A DNA stretch of 64,000 nt, from contig CAYYMP010000002.1 of assembly GCA_964472915.1 (NCBI GenBank), forward strand, positions 240 through 64,239, given 5' to 3'. The notes under the pieces are model-generated. The model did not search any database. It was given only the letters and a program-made list of their open reading frames with translations, and was not told the origin of the DNA. The DNA is from an uncultured Dehalococcoidales bacterium (GTDB lineage: Bacteria; Chloroflexota; Dehalococcoidia; Lucifugimonadales; Lucifugimonadaceae). Of the stretch, positions 38,936 to 49,391 are shown in pieces; position 1 is the stretch's first letter; every line of letters begins with the position of its first letter. The position numbers and the translations under genes were made by a program.

Positions 38936-40176
38936 CTGCCGAATCACAACACCGCCCAATAGTCGTCCAGAAGTACGGTGGCAGTTCTCTTGCCGACGCT
39001 GAACTCATTCACAATGTCGCGTCGCGGATTAGCGCTCGAAAAGACGCAGGAGTCGACGTAATTGCTGTCGTTTCAGCAATGGGCGACTCTACTGATGAAC
39101 TGATCGCCTTATCCGAAGCCGTGACCGGCGGAAAAACACCCGACGCCCGTGAGATGGACACCCTCCTATCCACAGGCGAGTTGGTGAGCTCAACACTCAT
39201 GGCAATGGCGTTGAAGTCTCGCGGCTACGACGCAATTAGTTTGAGCGGTGTTCAGGCAGGAATAAAAACCGACCTGGTGCATGGCTCAGCTCGAATTGCT
39301 GATATCAACGCTGATCGATTGCATCGAGAGCTTGATGCGGGGCGCATCGTGATAGTCGCTGGCTTCCAAGGACTCGCAGAATCGGGTGACATCACTACTC
39401 TGGGACGTGGCGGCTCTGACACAACTGCAGTCGCGCTTGCAATTGCAGCAGGCGCAGAGCGATGCGAGATTTACACGGATGTCGAGGGAATTTACACAAC
39501 CGATCCACGACTCACCCCGAAAGCCCGAAAACTCGCTGAGATCGGATTCCAGGAAATGCTGGAAATGGCAGTTCTCGGCGCAAAAATGAACCCTCGATCA
39601 ATTGAACTTGGTGCTGTCTACGACATGCCGGTGTATGTCGCATCTTCGACTTCTGACGCACCGGGAACACTTATCCACGGAGGAGAACCCACAATGGAAG
39701 TCCGAAAGGCAGTGACCGGAATTGCTGTCGACCGCAACGTTGGAAAAATCACCGTCCGAGGCGTCATCGACCGTCCCGGAGTTGCAGCCGGACTTCTTGA
39801 GCCTCTCGCATATGCAGGTGTGAGCGTTGACGTAATCGTGCAGAACGCCAGCGCTGACGGCACGACCGACTTTACGTTCACAGTCGCGCAGGCAAGTGTT
39901 GAGCAAGCAGCGGAAATCATTCGGTCACAATCCGACGTTGAATTCAGCGAAGTCGTAACTGGAACAAACCTTGCAAAGGTGAGTATTGTCGGGACCGGGA
40001 TGGAGAACGCCCCCGGTTACGCTGCCAGGATGTTCTCGACCTTGTCGAGCGTCGGTGTGAATATCGACATGATCACGACATCAGAAATTCGAATCACGAC
40101 GATTATCGAGAAAGATCAGCTTCAAACGGCAGTCCAGGCATTGCACGATGCTTTCGAACTCGAGAAGACGGAGTAA
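38932..40176 (+). CDS. lysC: Aspartate kinase
   Basis: VQKYGGSS, VSAMG, TLGRGGSDTT, two ACT domains. Confidence 0.96.
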   Translation: MTAESQHRPIVVQKYGGSSLADAELIHNVASRISARKDAGVDVIAVVSAMGDSTDELIALSEAVTGGKTPDAREMDTLLSTGELVSSTLMAMALKSRGYDAISLSGVQAGIKTDLVHGSARIADINADRLHRELDAGRIVIVAGFQGLAESGDITTLGRGGSDTTAVALAIAAGAERCEIYTDVEGIYTTDPRLTPKARKLAEIGFQEMLEMAVLGAKMNPRSIELGAVYDMPVYVASSTSDAPGTLIHGGEPTMEVRKAVTGIAVDRNVGKITVRGVIDRPGVAAGLLEPLAYAGVSVDVIVQNASADGTTDFTFTVAQASVEQAAEIIRSQSDVEFSEVVTGTNLAKVSIVGTGMENAPGYAARMFSTLSSVGVNIDMITTSEIRITTIIEKDQLQTAVQALHDAFELEKTE

Positions 40177-40229
40177 ACTTCTTACTTCTATGGGGATCTG
40201 ACCCCGAATAAACGACCACGAAGTATCCA

Positions 40230-40976
40230 TTGGAAAATCCGTACCTAAGCGTCGTAATTCCTGCTTTCAACGAGCAAGTACGAATCGCGTCGACGGTTAA
40301 CTCGCTGGTCGAGTTTCTGAGCGGTTGGCTCCCCGCAGAACGCCAATGGGAGTTACTTGTGATCGATGACGGTTCAAGTGACGATACTGCCAGCATTGTT
40401 AGCGGGATTAGTCAGAACGAACCACGTGTACGGGTGATCAACTCTGAGCACGGTGGCAAAGGATCTGCCGTACGTAGAGGGATGAGCGAAGCCAACGGTG
40501 ATTGGCGATTCATTTGCGATGCCGATCTGTCGATGCCTGCCGAACACCTGGGCAGGTTCTTCGCTGGTGAAGACTCCTCTCCTAGGTATGACATTTCTAT
40601 TGCCTCGAGAGAAGCACCTGGCGCCGTCAGGTACAACGAACCACGCAGCCGACACGTAAAAGGACGCCTTTTCAACTATGCCGTCAAAGTTCTGGCGTTG
40701 CGAGGTATCGAGGACACTCAGTGCGGGTTCAAGTTGTTCTCGAAAGATGCCGCCGAAAAGTTATTTCCGAAACAATCACTCGAAGGCTGGGCGTTCGATG
40801 TTGAGTTGCTCGTGATGGCGAAGAATGCCCGCTACTCCATCGGTGAGATTCCGATTGATTGGTACTACGGCGAAGGTTCGAAGATGACCTTGACTAAGGG
40901 TGTTCTTGCAGTATTAGATGTCGTAAAGGTCGGCCTAAATAACGTGCTCGGTAAGTACCGATTGGAGCGAGACTAG
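40230..40976 (+). CDS. GT2 polyprenyl-phosphate glycosyltransferase (Dol-P-Glc synthase-like)
   Basis: VIPAFNE, DDGSSD, GKGSAVR, DADLS, DTQCGFKLF, FDVE. Confidence 0.88.
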   Translation: MENPYLSVVIPAFNEQVRIASTVNSLVEFLSGWLPAERQWELLVIDDGSSDDTASIVSGISQNEPRVRVINSEHGGKGSAVRRGMSEANGDWRFICDADLSMPAEHLGRFFAGEDSSPRYDISIASREAPGAVRYNEPRSRHVKGRLFNYAVKVLALRGIEDTQCGFKLFSKDAAEKLFPKQSLEGWAFDVELLVMAKNARYSIGEIPIDWYYGEGSKMTLTKGVLAVLDVVKVGLNNVLGKYRLERD

Positions 40977-40980
40977 CCCG

Positions 40981-41400
40981 ATGTTCACCAACCCTGGTAC
41001 CGCGCAAATTCGAGAAATTCTTGGCGCCGCGAAGAAAGTTGCGGTGGTCGGCATTTCAAATCGAGACGACCGTGCAAGCCGGTATGTATCCGAATACTTG
41101 CAGCGAGAAGGGTACGAGATATTTCCAGTCAACCCTGACATTTCAGAATGGCAGGGAATACCAACGTTCAAGAGTGTGTCGGAAATCCCTGAGCCGGTAG
41201 ACGTAGTTGATGTTTTCAGGCGTTCAATCGCTACAGTCGACGTGGCAAAAGACGTTGCCGGAACTGGAGCAAAGGTCCTGTGGCTGCAACAGGGGATTTA
41301 CAACGAAGAAACTGCCCAGATTGCTCAGGATGCAGGAATGACCGTTGTGATGGACAAGTGCATTATGGTTGAGCACAAAGGTATGAAGCTCGGTCTATAG
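40981..41400 (+). CDS. CoA-binding protein (YccU-like)
   Basis: VAVVGIS, PVNP, DVVDVFR, WLQQG, VMDKC. Confidence 0.9.
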   Translation: MFTNPGTAQIREILGAAKKVAVVGISNRDDRASRYVSEYLQREGYEIFPVNPDISEWQGIPTFKSVSEIPEPVDVVDVFRRSIATVDVAKDVAGTGAKVLWLQQGIYNEETAQIAQDAGMTVVMDKCIMVEHKGMKLGL

Positions 41401-41402
41401 AT

Positions 41403-42146
41403 ATGACTTCAGAATCCGACAACCTGACCGAATCTCCGTTTAAGGTCGCGATCGTAATTCCCACGTACAACGAGGCGGAAACACTTCCGGCTCTAGTGGA
41501 GAAAATCCGTTCGTTGGAAATCGATGGGTTGGGTTTTGTAATCGTTGATGACGGCTCACCAGATGGTACTGGTGGCATCGCCGATGGCCTAGCTGACGAA
41601 TTTCCTAGTGTTTTCATCGTTCTGCACCGAGAAGGGAAACTGGGGCTCGGTACTGCGTATATGGCAGGGTTCCAAACTGCCCTTGATGCTGGTGCAGAGA
41701 AGATTATCGAGATGGACGCTGACCACTCACATCCGCCCGAAGAACTGCCAGCGATCGTAGAAAAGCTCAACTCCTCGGACGTAGTCGTGTCTTCTCGTTA
41801 CACCAAAGGTGGAGGCGTAGATCCTAATTGGAGTTGGGGGCGCAAGCAGATCAGCTACTGGGGCAATGTGGGTATCCGGCTGATTCTAGGCTTAAAGGTC
41901 AAGGATGCAACTGCAGGCTTCAAGGGATTCCGTCGATCTGCCCTCGAAGCGATTGGGATTGACCGGCTGAAACTATCAGGGTTCGGATTTCAGGCAGAAG
42001 TTGCCTACCGGTGTCAGCAAGCGAAGTTGAAGACTACTGAACATCCGTACGTGTTCATGGAGCGCACCGCGGGTAAATCGAAGATGTCCTTCGCAATCGT
42101 CGTCGAAGCATTCTTCAGCCTTTCCTGGCTGCGCATTCGAGGCTAA
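41403..42146 (+). CDS. Polyprenol monophosphomannose synthase (Ppm1/DPM1-like)
   Basis: IPTYNE, DDGSPDGTG, KLGLGTAY, MDADHSH, GKSKM. Confidence 0.88.
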   Translation: MTSESDNLTESPFKVAIVIPTYNEAETLPALVEKIRSLEIDGLGFVIVDDGSPDGTGGIADGLADEFPSVFIVLHREGKLGLGTAYMAGFQTALDAGAEKIIEMDADHSHPPEELPAIVEKLNSSDVVVSSRYTKGGGVDPNWSWGRKQISYWGNVGIRLILGLKVKDATAGFKGFRRSALEAIGIDRLKLSGFGFQAEVAYRCQQAKLKTTEHPYVFMERTAGKSKMSFAIVVEAFFSLSWLRIRG

Positions 42147-42148
42147 CG

Positions 42149-43159
42149 GTGCGAGTCGAAGGACGAGACTACCGTGCTGTCTGGTGGTCGAATGATTCGA
42201 TCAACTACGTCGACCAGCGACTCATTCCCTACAAGTTTGAAATCGCTACCGCTTCGAATCTAGAAGAGGTCGAAGATGCCATCATTTCCATGGGAGTCAG
42301 AGGCGCCCCGACGATTGGCGTTATGGCGGCGTATGGACTGGCTATGGCGATCAGGGCCGGAGTAGATGCTCAAGTCGCTTACGACCGTCTACTGGCGACT
42401 CGCCCAACTGCTGTGAACCTCAAGGTTGGGTTAGACCGGATAATCTCGTCAAACGACGACCCTCTCAAATCTGCCAAAGATTTCGATGACAGCGAAGTCG
42501 ACGCAGCAGAGCGCATCGGTGAACACGGTAACTCGGTGGTCGAGACGAATGCGAGTATTCTTACCCACTGCAACACAGGTTGGCTTGCTGCTCAGGACTG
42601 GGGCACCGCTGCAGCCGTCATCTTCAAATCCCAGCGAGCTGGAAAGAATCCATTTGTGTACGTGAGTGAAACACGTCCTCGTCTCCAGGGCTCGCGTCTA
42701 ACCGCTTGGGAGATGGCGAATGAATCGGTTGATCACGCGGTTATTGCCGATGGAGCTTCAGCGCAGCTGATGCGCCAGGGCAAAGTCGACATGGTGGTGG
42801 TTGGAGCGGATCGCATAGCGGCAAATGGCGACACTGCCAACAAAATTGGGACTTATGCTCACGCCGTTGCCGCAAAAGCACATGGAGTCGATTTCTACAT
42901 CGCTGCTCCGGTTTCGACGATCGACGTGACCACACCTTCTGGAGATCAGATCGAAATTGAAGATCGTGATCCAGATGAAGTGCTCTCGATTCGAGGCATC
43001 GCCCAGACTGGGCAGATCGAAACCGTGCGGATCGCTTCGGATCGGTCAACGGCAATCAATCCTGCTTTCGACGTCACACCAGCAGATCTCATTACCGGGA
43101 TTATCACGGACCAGGGAATAATCGACCCCACAACCGAAGCAATAGCTTCCCTTTTCTGA
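42149..43159 (+). CDS. mtnA: Methylthioribose-1-phosphate isomerase
   Basis: MGVRGAP, RPTAVNL, THCNTG, ETRPRLQG, GADRIAANGDTANKIG, NPAFDVTP. Confidence 0.95.
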   Translation: MRVEGRDYRAVWWSNDSINYVDQRLIPYKFEIATASNLEEVEDAIISMGVRGAPTIGVMAAYGLAMAIRAGVDAQVAYDRLLATRPTAVNLKVGLDRIISSNDDPLKSAKDFDDSEVDAAERIGEHGNSVVETNASILTHCNTGWLAAQDWGTAAAVIFKSQRAGKNPFVYVSETRPRLQGSRLTAWEMANESVDHAVIADGASAQLMRQGKVDMVVVGADRIAANGDTANKIGTYAHAVAAKAHGVDFYIAAPVSTIDVTTPSGDQIEIEDRDPDEVLSIRGIAQTGQIETVRIASDRSTAINPAFDVTPADLITGIITDQGIIDPTTEAIASLF

Positions 43160-43381
43160 GTCACTCTGGTCCTACCCTGGTTACCTGGCCTCCGGTCGGT
43201 ACTTACCTTCCCTGCAAACCAAAATCACAAGTTCAGCACACCGAAAACCTACGTGTTAACTCACAGCAAAAGTCTGTGTACGCACGAGGTGACCGCACTT
43301 TTTCTCGATGTATCACGTCTATAGCGAAAAAGTTGAGCGCTACATACGGGCATAAAGAACCCAATTCGAGACGAAGTAGAA

Positions 43382-44209
43382 ATGGTTACACAGCGACAGA
43401 TATACACCTCCGCAAAATCCTTCAAAGCGATTGAATCAGAGGCCATTGATCATGCCCTTGAAGGACGATGGGATGAAGCTGTTTCCAGCAATCTAGCTGG
43501 TCTGGGAATCAACACTAATGACGTTGGTTGCCATAACCGACTTGCTAAGGCTTACATTGAACTCAGCAGGTATACCGAGGCTCGCAAGCATCTCAAGTAC
43601 GCGCTGTCAGTTGATCCGATCAACCGGGTAGCCAAACGCCAACTAGAGCGCCTTTCAAACTTGGACAGCAACGGCGTCACACGTCGCACATCCGGTGGTG
43701 GCGCGACCAACTCAGCTTTGTTTATCTCTGACCCTGCAGTTGCGACGGTGAGCGAACTCAAGAAAGTCGCCGAGCCGGATGTTTTGGCTTCGGTTTCGCC
43801 TGGCGACAAGCTCAAGATGAGCATCGACCGGGTAATCACGCTAAGCACTAAAGTAGGTGACTACGTCGGCACCATGGAAGTCAGACTCGCTACTCGACTT
43901 TCAAATCTCATCGCTACGGGCAACAAATACGAAGTGCTGGCGGCAAAACTTTCTGACTCAGAAGTAATCGTGGTTGTTCGAGAAACTAAGCGTTCCGCTG
44001 ACAACGAGCGGACCGCATCTTTCCCGTCTTATCTCCAGAAGAAGATTGGTGACTTCGATATTGATGATCCAATGGACATCAACGACGAAGTTCGCATGGA
44101 AGACGACATGGACGAAATGCTGCCTGAGCCAGGCGAAGGCGACGCCATGAAGTCGATCCTACGCGGTGACTTCGGCAACTCAGGGCAGGACGCAAGCCTG
44201 AATTTCTAG
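43382..44209 (+). CDS. TPR protein with putative HIRAN-like domain and acidic tail
   Basis: TPR helices (NRLAKAYIEL...ALSVDPIN); PGDKL...VGTM...LSNLI pattern. Confidence 0.65.
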   Translation: MVTQRQIYTSAKSFKAIESEAIDHALEGRWDEAVSSNLAGLGINTNDVGCHNRLAKAYIELSRYTEARKHLKYALSVDPINRVAKRQLERLSNLDSNGVTRRTSGGGATNSALFISDPAVATVSELKKVAEPDVLASVSPGDKLKMSIDRVITLSTKVGDYVGTMEVRLATRLSNLIATGNKYEVLAAKLSDSEVIVVVRETKRSADNERTASFPSYLQKKIGDFDIDDPMDINDEVRMEDDMDEMLPEPGEGDAMKSILRGDFGNSGQDASLNF

Positions 44210-45546
44210 GCGTATCCGTTTCGTTCAAGGACCGTTCGAACCGCTGTAACGAAACGGTCGACATCTTCAGTGGTGTGCTGCGTCGATACGTTGCCGGCAC
44301 ACCTGTTGGACATCACAAATCCCTCGTTCAACAACCCGATAAACATGATGTTGAGCAAGTTTTTATCGTTCGTCGCAAACGTGCGGTAGTCGATAACTTC
44401 CTCTGACGTGAACTGAAGTGCGAACAGTGAAGCTACCCCCGTAACTCCCATAGGCACTTCGAGTTCTGCGAACAAAGATCGCAACTGATCCCGAAGATAG
44501 TCTCCAAGAGAATCGAGGTACTCGTACTTATCTGGAGTCAGAGATTCGAGCGTCGCAACACCTGCAGCAGCAGTCATTGGATTACCGTTGAACGTGCCTG
44601 CGTGCTGAACCTTTGCACCGCCGTTCGATGGATCCCATAGCTCCATGATGTCATCTCTGCCGCCGAATGCTCCAACGGGCATGCCACCGCCGATTACCTT
44701 ACCGAAGCAGGTCAGATCGGGATTGATGTTGTAGTAATCCTGGGCTCCACCGTAGGCGATTCGGAACGCGATAACTTCGTCGAAAATCAAGAGGATTCCG
44801 AGTTCGTCTGTCACTCGTCTCAAGCCCTCGAGGAATTCAGGTTTGGCAGGAACCATTCCGCACTGACCGTTGACTGGCTCAACAATCACCGCAGCCAGTT
44901 CATCTGCGTGTTCACGGATGATGCGCTCTGCGACTTCAATGTTGTTGAACGGCGCGATGTAAATATCATCTACGGCAGCTTCAGAAATTCCAGGAAAGGC
45001 TGCAACTGATTCAGGAGAATCTGCTTCGCCTGCCTTGTCCAGAGGTGGCACGACGCTGATTTGGATCGCGTCATGATTGCCGTGGTAGGCACCCTCGCAC
45101 TTCACCAACTTCTGCTTCCCGGTGAAAGCCCTTGCTGCGCGAATTGCGTTCAAGGTCGCTTCGGTACCGGTGTTCACGAACCTGACCTTGTCGAGCGAAG
45201 GAACTCGCTCTGTCATCAACTCTGCCCAGCGTACGACCGGAGGGGTTGGTGCGGGGAATGAAAAGCCGTGTTCGACCTGTTCTCGAACTGCCTCGACCAC
45301 TTCTGCAGGTCGGTGACCGAGGATCAAAGTGGTCATGTTGTTGACGAAATCAGTACGTTCATTTCCATCAACATCTGTGAGAGTCGTGCCGTTGCCGTCG
45401 GTCATGTAGAGCGGGAACGGATCCCAAAAGATCGAGTTTCGACTGTCCCCACCCGGCATGTGCTGGGTTGCCTTTTCATGGAGCTCTTCCGATTTTGGGT
45501 TGGCAGCTACATAACTGGCTATTTCGCGTTCGAGTGGGGTTGTCAT
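44206..45546 (-). CDS. Class III aminotransferase (glutamate-1-semialdehyde aminomutase-like)
   Basis: MPGG, NTGTEA, GAYHG, IFDEV, GKVIGGGMPVGAFGG, GTFNGNP. Confidence 0.88.
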   Translation of the reverse strand: MTTPLEREIASYVAANPKSEELHEKATQHMPGGDSRNSIFWDPFPLYMTDGNGTTLTDVDGNERTDFVNNMTTLILGHRPAEVVEAVREQVEHGFSFPAPTPPVVRWAELMTERVPSLDKVRFVNTGTEATLNAIRAARAFTGKQKLVKCEGAYHGNHDAIQISVVPPLDKAGEADSPESVAAFPGISEAAVDDIYIAPFNNIEVAERIIREHADELAAVIVEPVNGQCGMVPAKPEFLEGLRRVTDELGILLIFDEVIAFRIAYGGAQDYYNINPDLTCFGKVIGGGMPVGAFGGRDDIMELWDPSNGGAKVQHAGTFNGNPMTAAAGVATLESLTPDKYEYLDSLGDYLRDQLRSLFAELEVPMGVTGVASLFALQFTSEEVIDYRTFATNDKNLLNIMFIGLLNEGFVMSNRCAGNVSTQHTTEDVDRFVTAVRTVLERNGYA

Positions 45547-45566
45547 TTCAATAGGTCTCGGTCTAT

Positions 45567-46361
45567 TCAGTTCAATTCAGCAGCGAGCGAAGTTAGTGCG
45601 ACTCCTGCTGTGGCGCGTAAAGATATCGCAGAAATATCGGTAATTTTCGTTACTGAGGGATTAATCTCGACGATTGTTGCTCCGGCAGCTTCGGCAATCC
45701 AGATCAAACCGCTCGCCGGTCGCACCGTGGCCGAGGTTCCAATGGCGAGCACGCAATCAGCTTTTTTTATCTCACCTTTTGCTGCATCCATCACATCGGG
45801 CGGGATCGGTTCTCCGAACATTACCGTGTCGAATTTGACCACCCCGCCGCAGTGTTCACACGGATCGGGGATGAACAAAGGCACGAAATCGCCAAGCGAA
45901 ACCCGATCGTTGCACTCGATGCACCTCAGTTTCTGCCGATTGCCGTGTATCTCAATTAGATTCTCGATACCAACTTTTTCATCGAGCCCGTCAATGTTTT
46001 GAGTGATAACCGCATCGATATCACCACCGTTTGCAAGCTCAGCCAGCGCGTAGTGACCGGAGTGCGGTTCAGCCTTGTTCAGTGCGTGACGCAACTCGTT
46101 GATATGTCCGTCGATTTCTTCGTTGACACGTTTAGACCACCACTTGGTCGGGTCCTTTTTGAACTGCGCGTACCCGTCCATTGGCGGAGTGCCGTGCTTG
46201 GTCCATAGACCTCCGGTTCCTCGGAAAGGTGGAATTCCGCTTTCGACCGACATACCGGCACCAGTCATTGCCACGACGTGTTCAGATGACCGAATTTGAT
46301 CTGCAATTTCGGCAAGCTGAGCTTGCTGCGTGCTGTTGAGCTGTGGTGCGACTTTATGCAT
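45567..46361 (-). CDS. cobB: NAD-dependent protein deacylase (Sir2 family)
   Basis: TGAGMSVESGIPPFRG, TQNIDGL, IHGN, CxxC/CxxC, GTS. Confidence 0.92.
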   Translation of the reverse strand: MHKVAPQLNSTQQAQLAEIADQIRSSEHVVAMTGAGMSVESGIPPFRGTGGLWTKHGTPPMDGYAQFKKDPTKWWSKRVNEEIDGHINELRHALNKAEPHSGHYALAELANGGDIDAVITQNIDGLDEKVGIENLIEIHGNRQKLRCIECNDRVSLGDFVPLFIPDPCEHCGGVVKFDTVMFGEPIPPDVMDAAKGEIKKADCVLAIGTSATVRPASGLIWIAEAAGATIVEINPSVTKITDISAISLRATAGVALTSLAAELN

Positions 46362-47583
46362 CTGAACCGACCGACTCTTCGCTCGTTACAACACCGTTCG
46401 TCACTTTGAACACGATTGCCTGTTTGAGGTATTCCTCCGGGACGATTCCGGGCTCTGTTGCAGTTAGTAGAACCTGCTGATGTTTGGTGGCTGATTCGAG
46501 GACTAGCTCTCGTCTCCTGGGATCTAACTCAGAAAGAATGTCATCAAGAGCAAGCACAGGCGAGCGACCTGTGACTTCGCGGACGAATACTGCTTCGGCG
46601 AGTTTCAACGACAGTGCGATAGTTCTCGACTGACCGCGAGATGCGTAGCTTTGCGCAGGTTTGCCATTCAAAAAGATTTCTAGATCGTCACGGTGCGGAC
46701 CAATAACCGTGATTCCCTGCGCAATCTCTCGTCTGCGCAACGCAGGTAGTGACTTCGCCATCTCACGTTCGATCATGTCTGCGTTCATTTCCGTGACATC
46801 TGGTGCATGATCCGACGACACAGATATCCGAGGTTTGTACCTGAGCGAAAGTTCATCACCATCCGTAAGTTCGCTGTGCGCCGGGACAGCGTGATCGTTG
46901 AGCCCGTCAACTGAACGTCTGCGAGCATCAATTACGCGGGAACCTTCGTAGGCAAGCCGTTCATCCCAGAAGGTGAGTTCGTCTTCCTCTGACACTCCTT
47001 CTCGCACACGTCGGAGCAGTTGGTTGCGCTGTGACACAACCTGGGAGTAGCGAGAAAGGGATTTGAGGTACGTCGGATCGGACTGCGAGATGAGAATGTC
47101 CAGGTATCGACGGCGGTTGCCAGGCGAGCCGTGAATAATTTCGAGATCGTCGGCTTCGAAGAACACGATATTCATGTTTCCGACGAAGTCGATTGCAGAG
47201 CGCTTTATGCCATTAACCCGCAGGCCTTTTCGGAAGCCTTTTGATCCCCCGGTTTCTGCGATGCCTGTGACGTCGACGTCGATTTGAGCTTGAACCGTCG
47301 AGTCATCCTCGCGACCGACACCGAGTATTTGCATGTGTCCACCGGAGTCGGACAGACCCCAGTTCACGAGTTCACGCTCGTTCGATGATCGAGGAGATTT
47401 CGCTATGGCAAGCATGTACACAGCTTCGAGCAAGTTGCTCTTGCCGTGACCGTTTTGACCGTAGAACAGCGTTAGACCGGGACGCAGTTCGAGCGATGTT
47501 TCCGTATGGTTACGGAATCCAGTTAGTGAGAGTCTCGAAAGGTAAATCGGTTGACCTACTACTCGTAAAAGCTGCCAGTGCAA
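46354..47583 (-). CDS. recF: DNA replication/repair protein RecF
   Basis: FRN, GQNGHGKSNLLEA, GPHRDD, SRGQ, LDDILSELD; start codon uncertain. Confidence 0.95.
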   Translation of the reverse strand: MHWQLLRVVGQPIYLSRLSLTGFRNHTETSLELRPGLTLFYGQNGHGKSNLLEAVYMLAIAKSPRSSNERELVNWGLSDSGGHMQILGVGREDDSTVQAQIDVDVTGIAETGGSKGFRKGLRVNGIKRSAIDFVGNMNIVFFEADDLEIIHGSPGNRRRYLDILISQSDPTYLKSLSRYSQVVSQRNQLLRRVREGVSEEDELTFWDERLAYEGSRVIDARRRSVDGLNDHAVPAHSELTDGDELSLRYKPRISVSSDHAPDVTEMNADMIEREMAKSLPALRRREIAQGITVIGPHRDDLEIFLNGKPAQSYASRGQSRTIALSLKLAEAVFVREVTGRSPVLALDDILSELDPRRRELVLESATKHQQVLLTATEPGIVPEEYLKQAIVFKVTNGVVTSEESVGSDA

Positions 47584-47715
47584 CTATGCTGACGCGGCTT
47601 TTTGACAGTTCAGATGGCAGGAGATTTTAGCAGTCAGTAGCGTCGAAACCGGTCGATATGGCATCAAATATTCGTGCGCGGGTAAATGTGAGATCAATTG
47701 GAGTTGAACGGGTAG

Positions 47716-48792
47716 ATGCACAAGGTTGTCGCGTTGGTGATAACGGCACTTCTTCTTTCGTACCTGGGGTGGCTCGCATTCCGAGGAACTCCACCTGGCT
47801 TCCGAACGATTGTAGTGTTGGAGAGATCTTCCGAGTCCGGCGAACTCCCAACCGAACTCGAAATTGTGACGCTGCTCGGGTTTGACGCAATTCCTTCGAT
47901 TGAAGATCCACGGTTCGTCGATGCTCTTCATGCAGATGAGACTTACGACCCGGAGGAGCTCGTGCTTGGTGTTGAGATTGATGGTGACGCGCGTGCTTAT
48001 TCAGTCCCAGTGTTGAGTCGGCACGAGATCGTGAACGATGTTGTAGGTGGTAAGCCCATCGCAGTTACCTGGTGACCTCTTTGCTTTACTGGAATTGGAT
48101 ATTCCAGAGAGATCGATGGTCAGGTGGTCGAGTTCGGAGTTTCGGGCAAACTCATCATGAACGCGCTCGTTATGTATGACCGCGCAACGGAATCCTTGTG
48201 GTCGCAATTCCTGTCTCGCTCCGTCGATGGTGAGTTTGCGGGAACAGAGCTTGAAATCGTCCCTCTCACTCTTACAACGTGGGAGGCATGGAAATCGGCG
48301 TATCCCGAGACGATCGCAATGCGTAAAACTCGTCGGACTACAGATCCATACGTTGGTTATTACGCCGGACGGTCAGTTGGTGTGATCGGAGAAACCAACG
48401 TAGATATTCGTCTACCAACCAAAGAACTCGTCCTCGGGATTGGATTCGACGATGCACCTCTCGCGTTTCCACACTCTGTCCTCAGATCCGAAGAACTGCT
48501 GAATCTGCAGCACGCCGGAAGCCCAACGTTGGTTTACTTCGATCCAGCAACGGATACAGCTATTGCTTACAAAGCAGAAGTTGGTGATGTGTCGCTGGAG
48601 TTTGAGCTGGTTGAGGCGAACGGACGGATCATGATGAGTGATACACAAACCGGTTCTTTATGGGTTCCATTTACCGGGCAAGCAATTTCGGGTGAGTTGG
48701 CTGGGGCGTCGCTCGATCGAACTCACTCTGTAAATGCCTTCTGGTTTTCGTGGAGCGATTTCTATCCGAACACCGAAATATGGTCTTCCTGA
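47716..48792 (+). CDS. DUF3179 family selenoprotein (UGA 48073-48075 read as Sec, UPLC motif)
   Basis: ORFs 47716-48075 and 48124-48792 are in frame across one TGA: HEIVND...VTW-U-PLCFTG...FGVSGKL...MYDRATESLWSQ; hairpin after the UGA. Confidence 0.88.
48077..48111 (+). promoter_or_regulatory. Candidate SECIS of DUF3179 gene
   Basis: CTGGAAT-tggat-ATTCCAG stem (48089-48107), loop 20 nt after UGA; lower CTCT/AGAG pairing. Confidence 0.7.
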
Positions 48793-48863
48793 GAAGTTAT
48801 CTCGGGACATCGAAATCGCGATGACGGGCGTAAAATGGAATACCTGAAACAAGCTCGCTCGCG

Positions 48864-49388
48864 GTGGCAACATTGGATATCAAATCACTCATACGGGATG
48901 TACCTGATTACCCAACTGATGGGATCCTGTTCAAAGACCTGACTCCAGTAATGGCCGACCCTTCAGCAATGAAGCACATTACTTCGGCAATGGCTGATCA
49001 CCTGGCTTCCAAAGATACGCAGGCGGTAGCGGCAATTGATGCCAGGGGTTTTATTTTTGGAGCTCCGGTTGCTGCTGAACTCGATGTTCCATTCGTGCCT
49101 CTCCGAAAGGAAGGAAAACTGCCACCTCCGGTAGTCGGCACGGATTACGAACTTGAGTACGGGACTGCTCGACTCGAAGCCAGTGCTAATTCTCTGACTT
49201 CTGGGTTGAACGTAGCTGTTTTGGACGATCTACTTGCGACGGGCGGGACGGCAGCTGCTGGCGCGAAGCTGCTCGAATCCCAAGGCGCCAACGTTGTAAC
49301 GATGGCATTCCTGGTGGAACTGACGTTCCTCGACGGACGATCTGTGCTCCCGAACGGTGTCGATGTTTATTCAATGGTGCAGTACTAG
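48864..49388 (+). CDS. apt: Adenine phosphoribosyltransferase
   Basis: GILFKD, ARGFIFG, RKEGKLP, YELEYG, DDLLATGGT. Confidence 0.96.
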   Translation: MATLDIKSLIRDVPDYPTDGILFKDLTPVMADPSAMKHITSAMADHLASKDTQAVAAIDARGFIFGAPVAAELDVPFVPLRKEGKLPPPVVGTDYELEYGTARLEASANSLTSGLNVAVLDDLLATGGTAAAGAKLLESQGANVVTMAFLVELTFLDGRSVLPNGVDVYSMVQY

Positions 49389-49391
49389 ATC

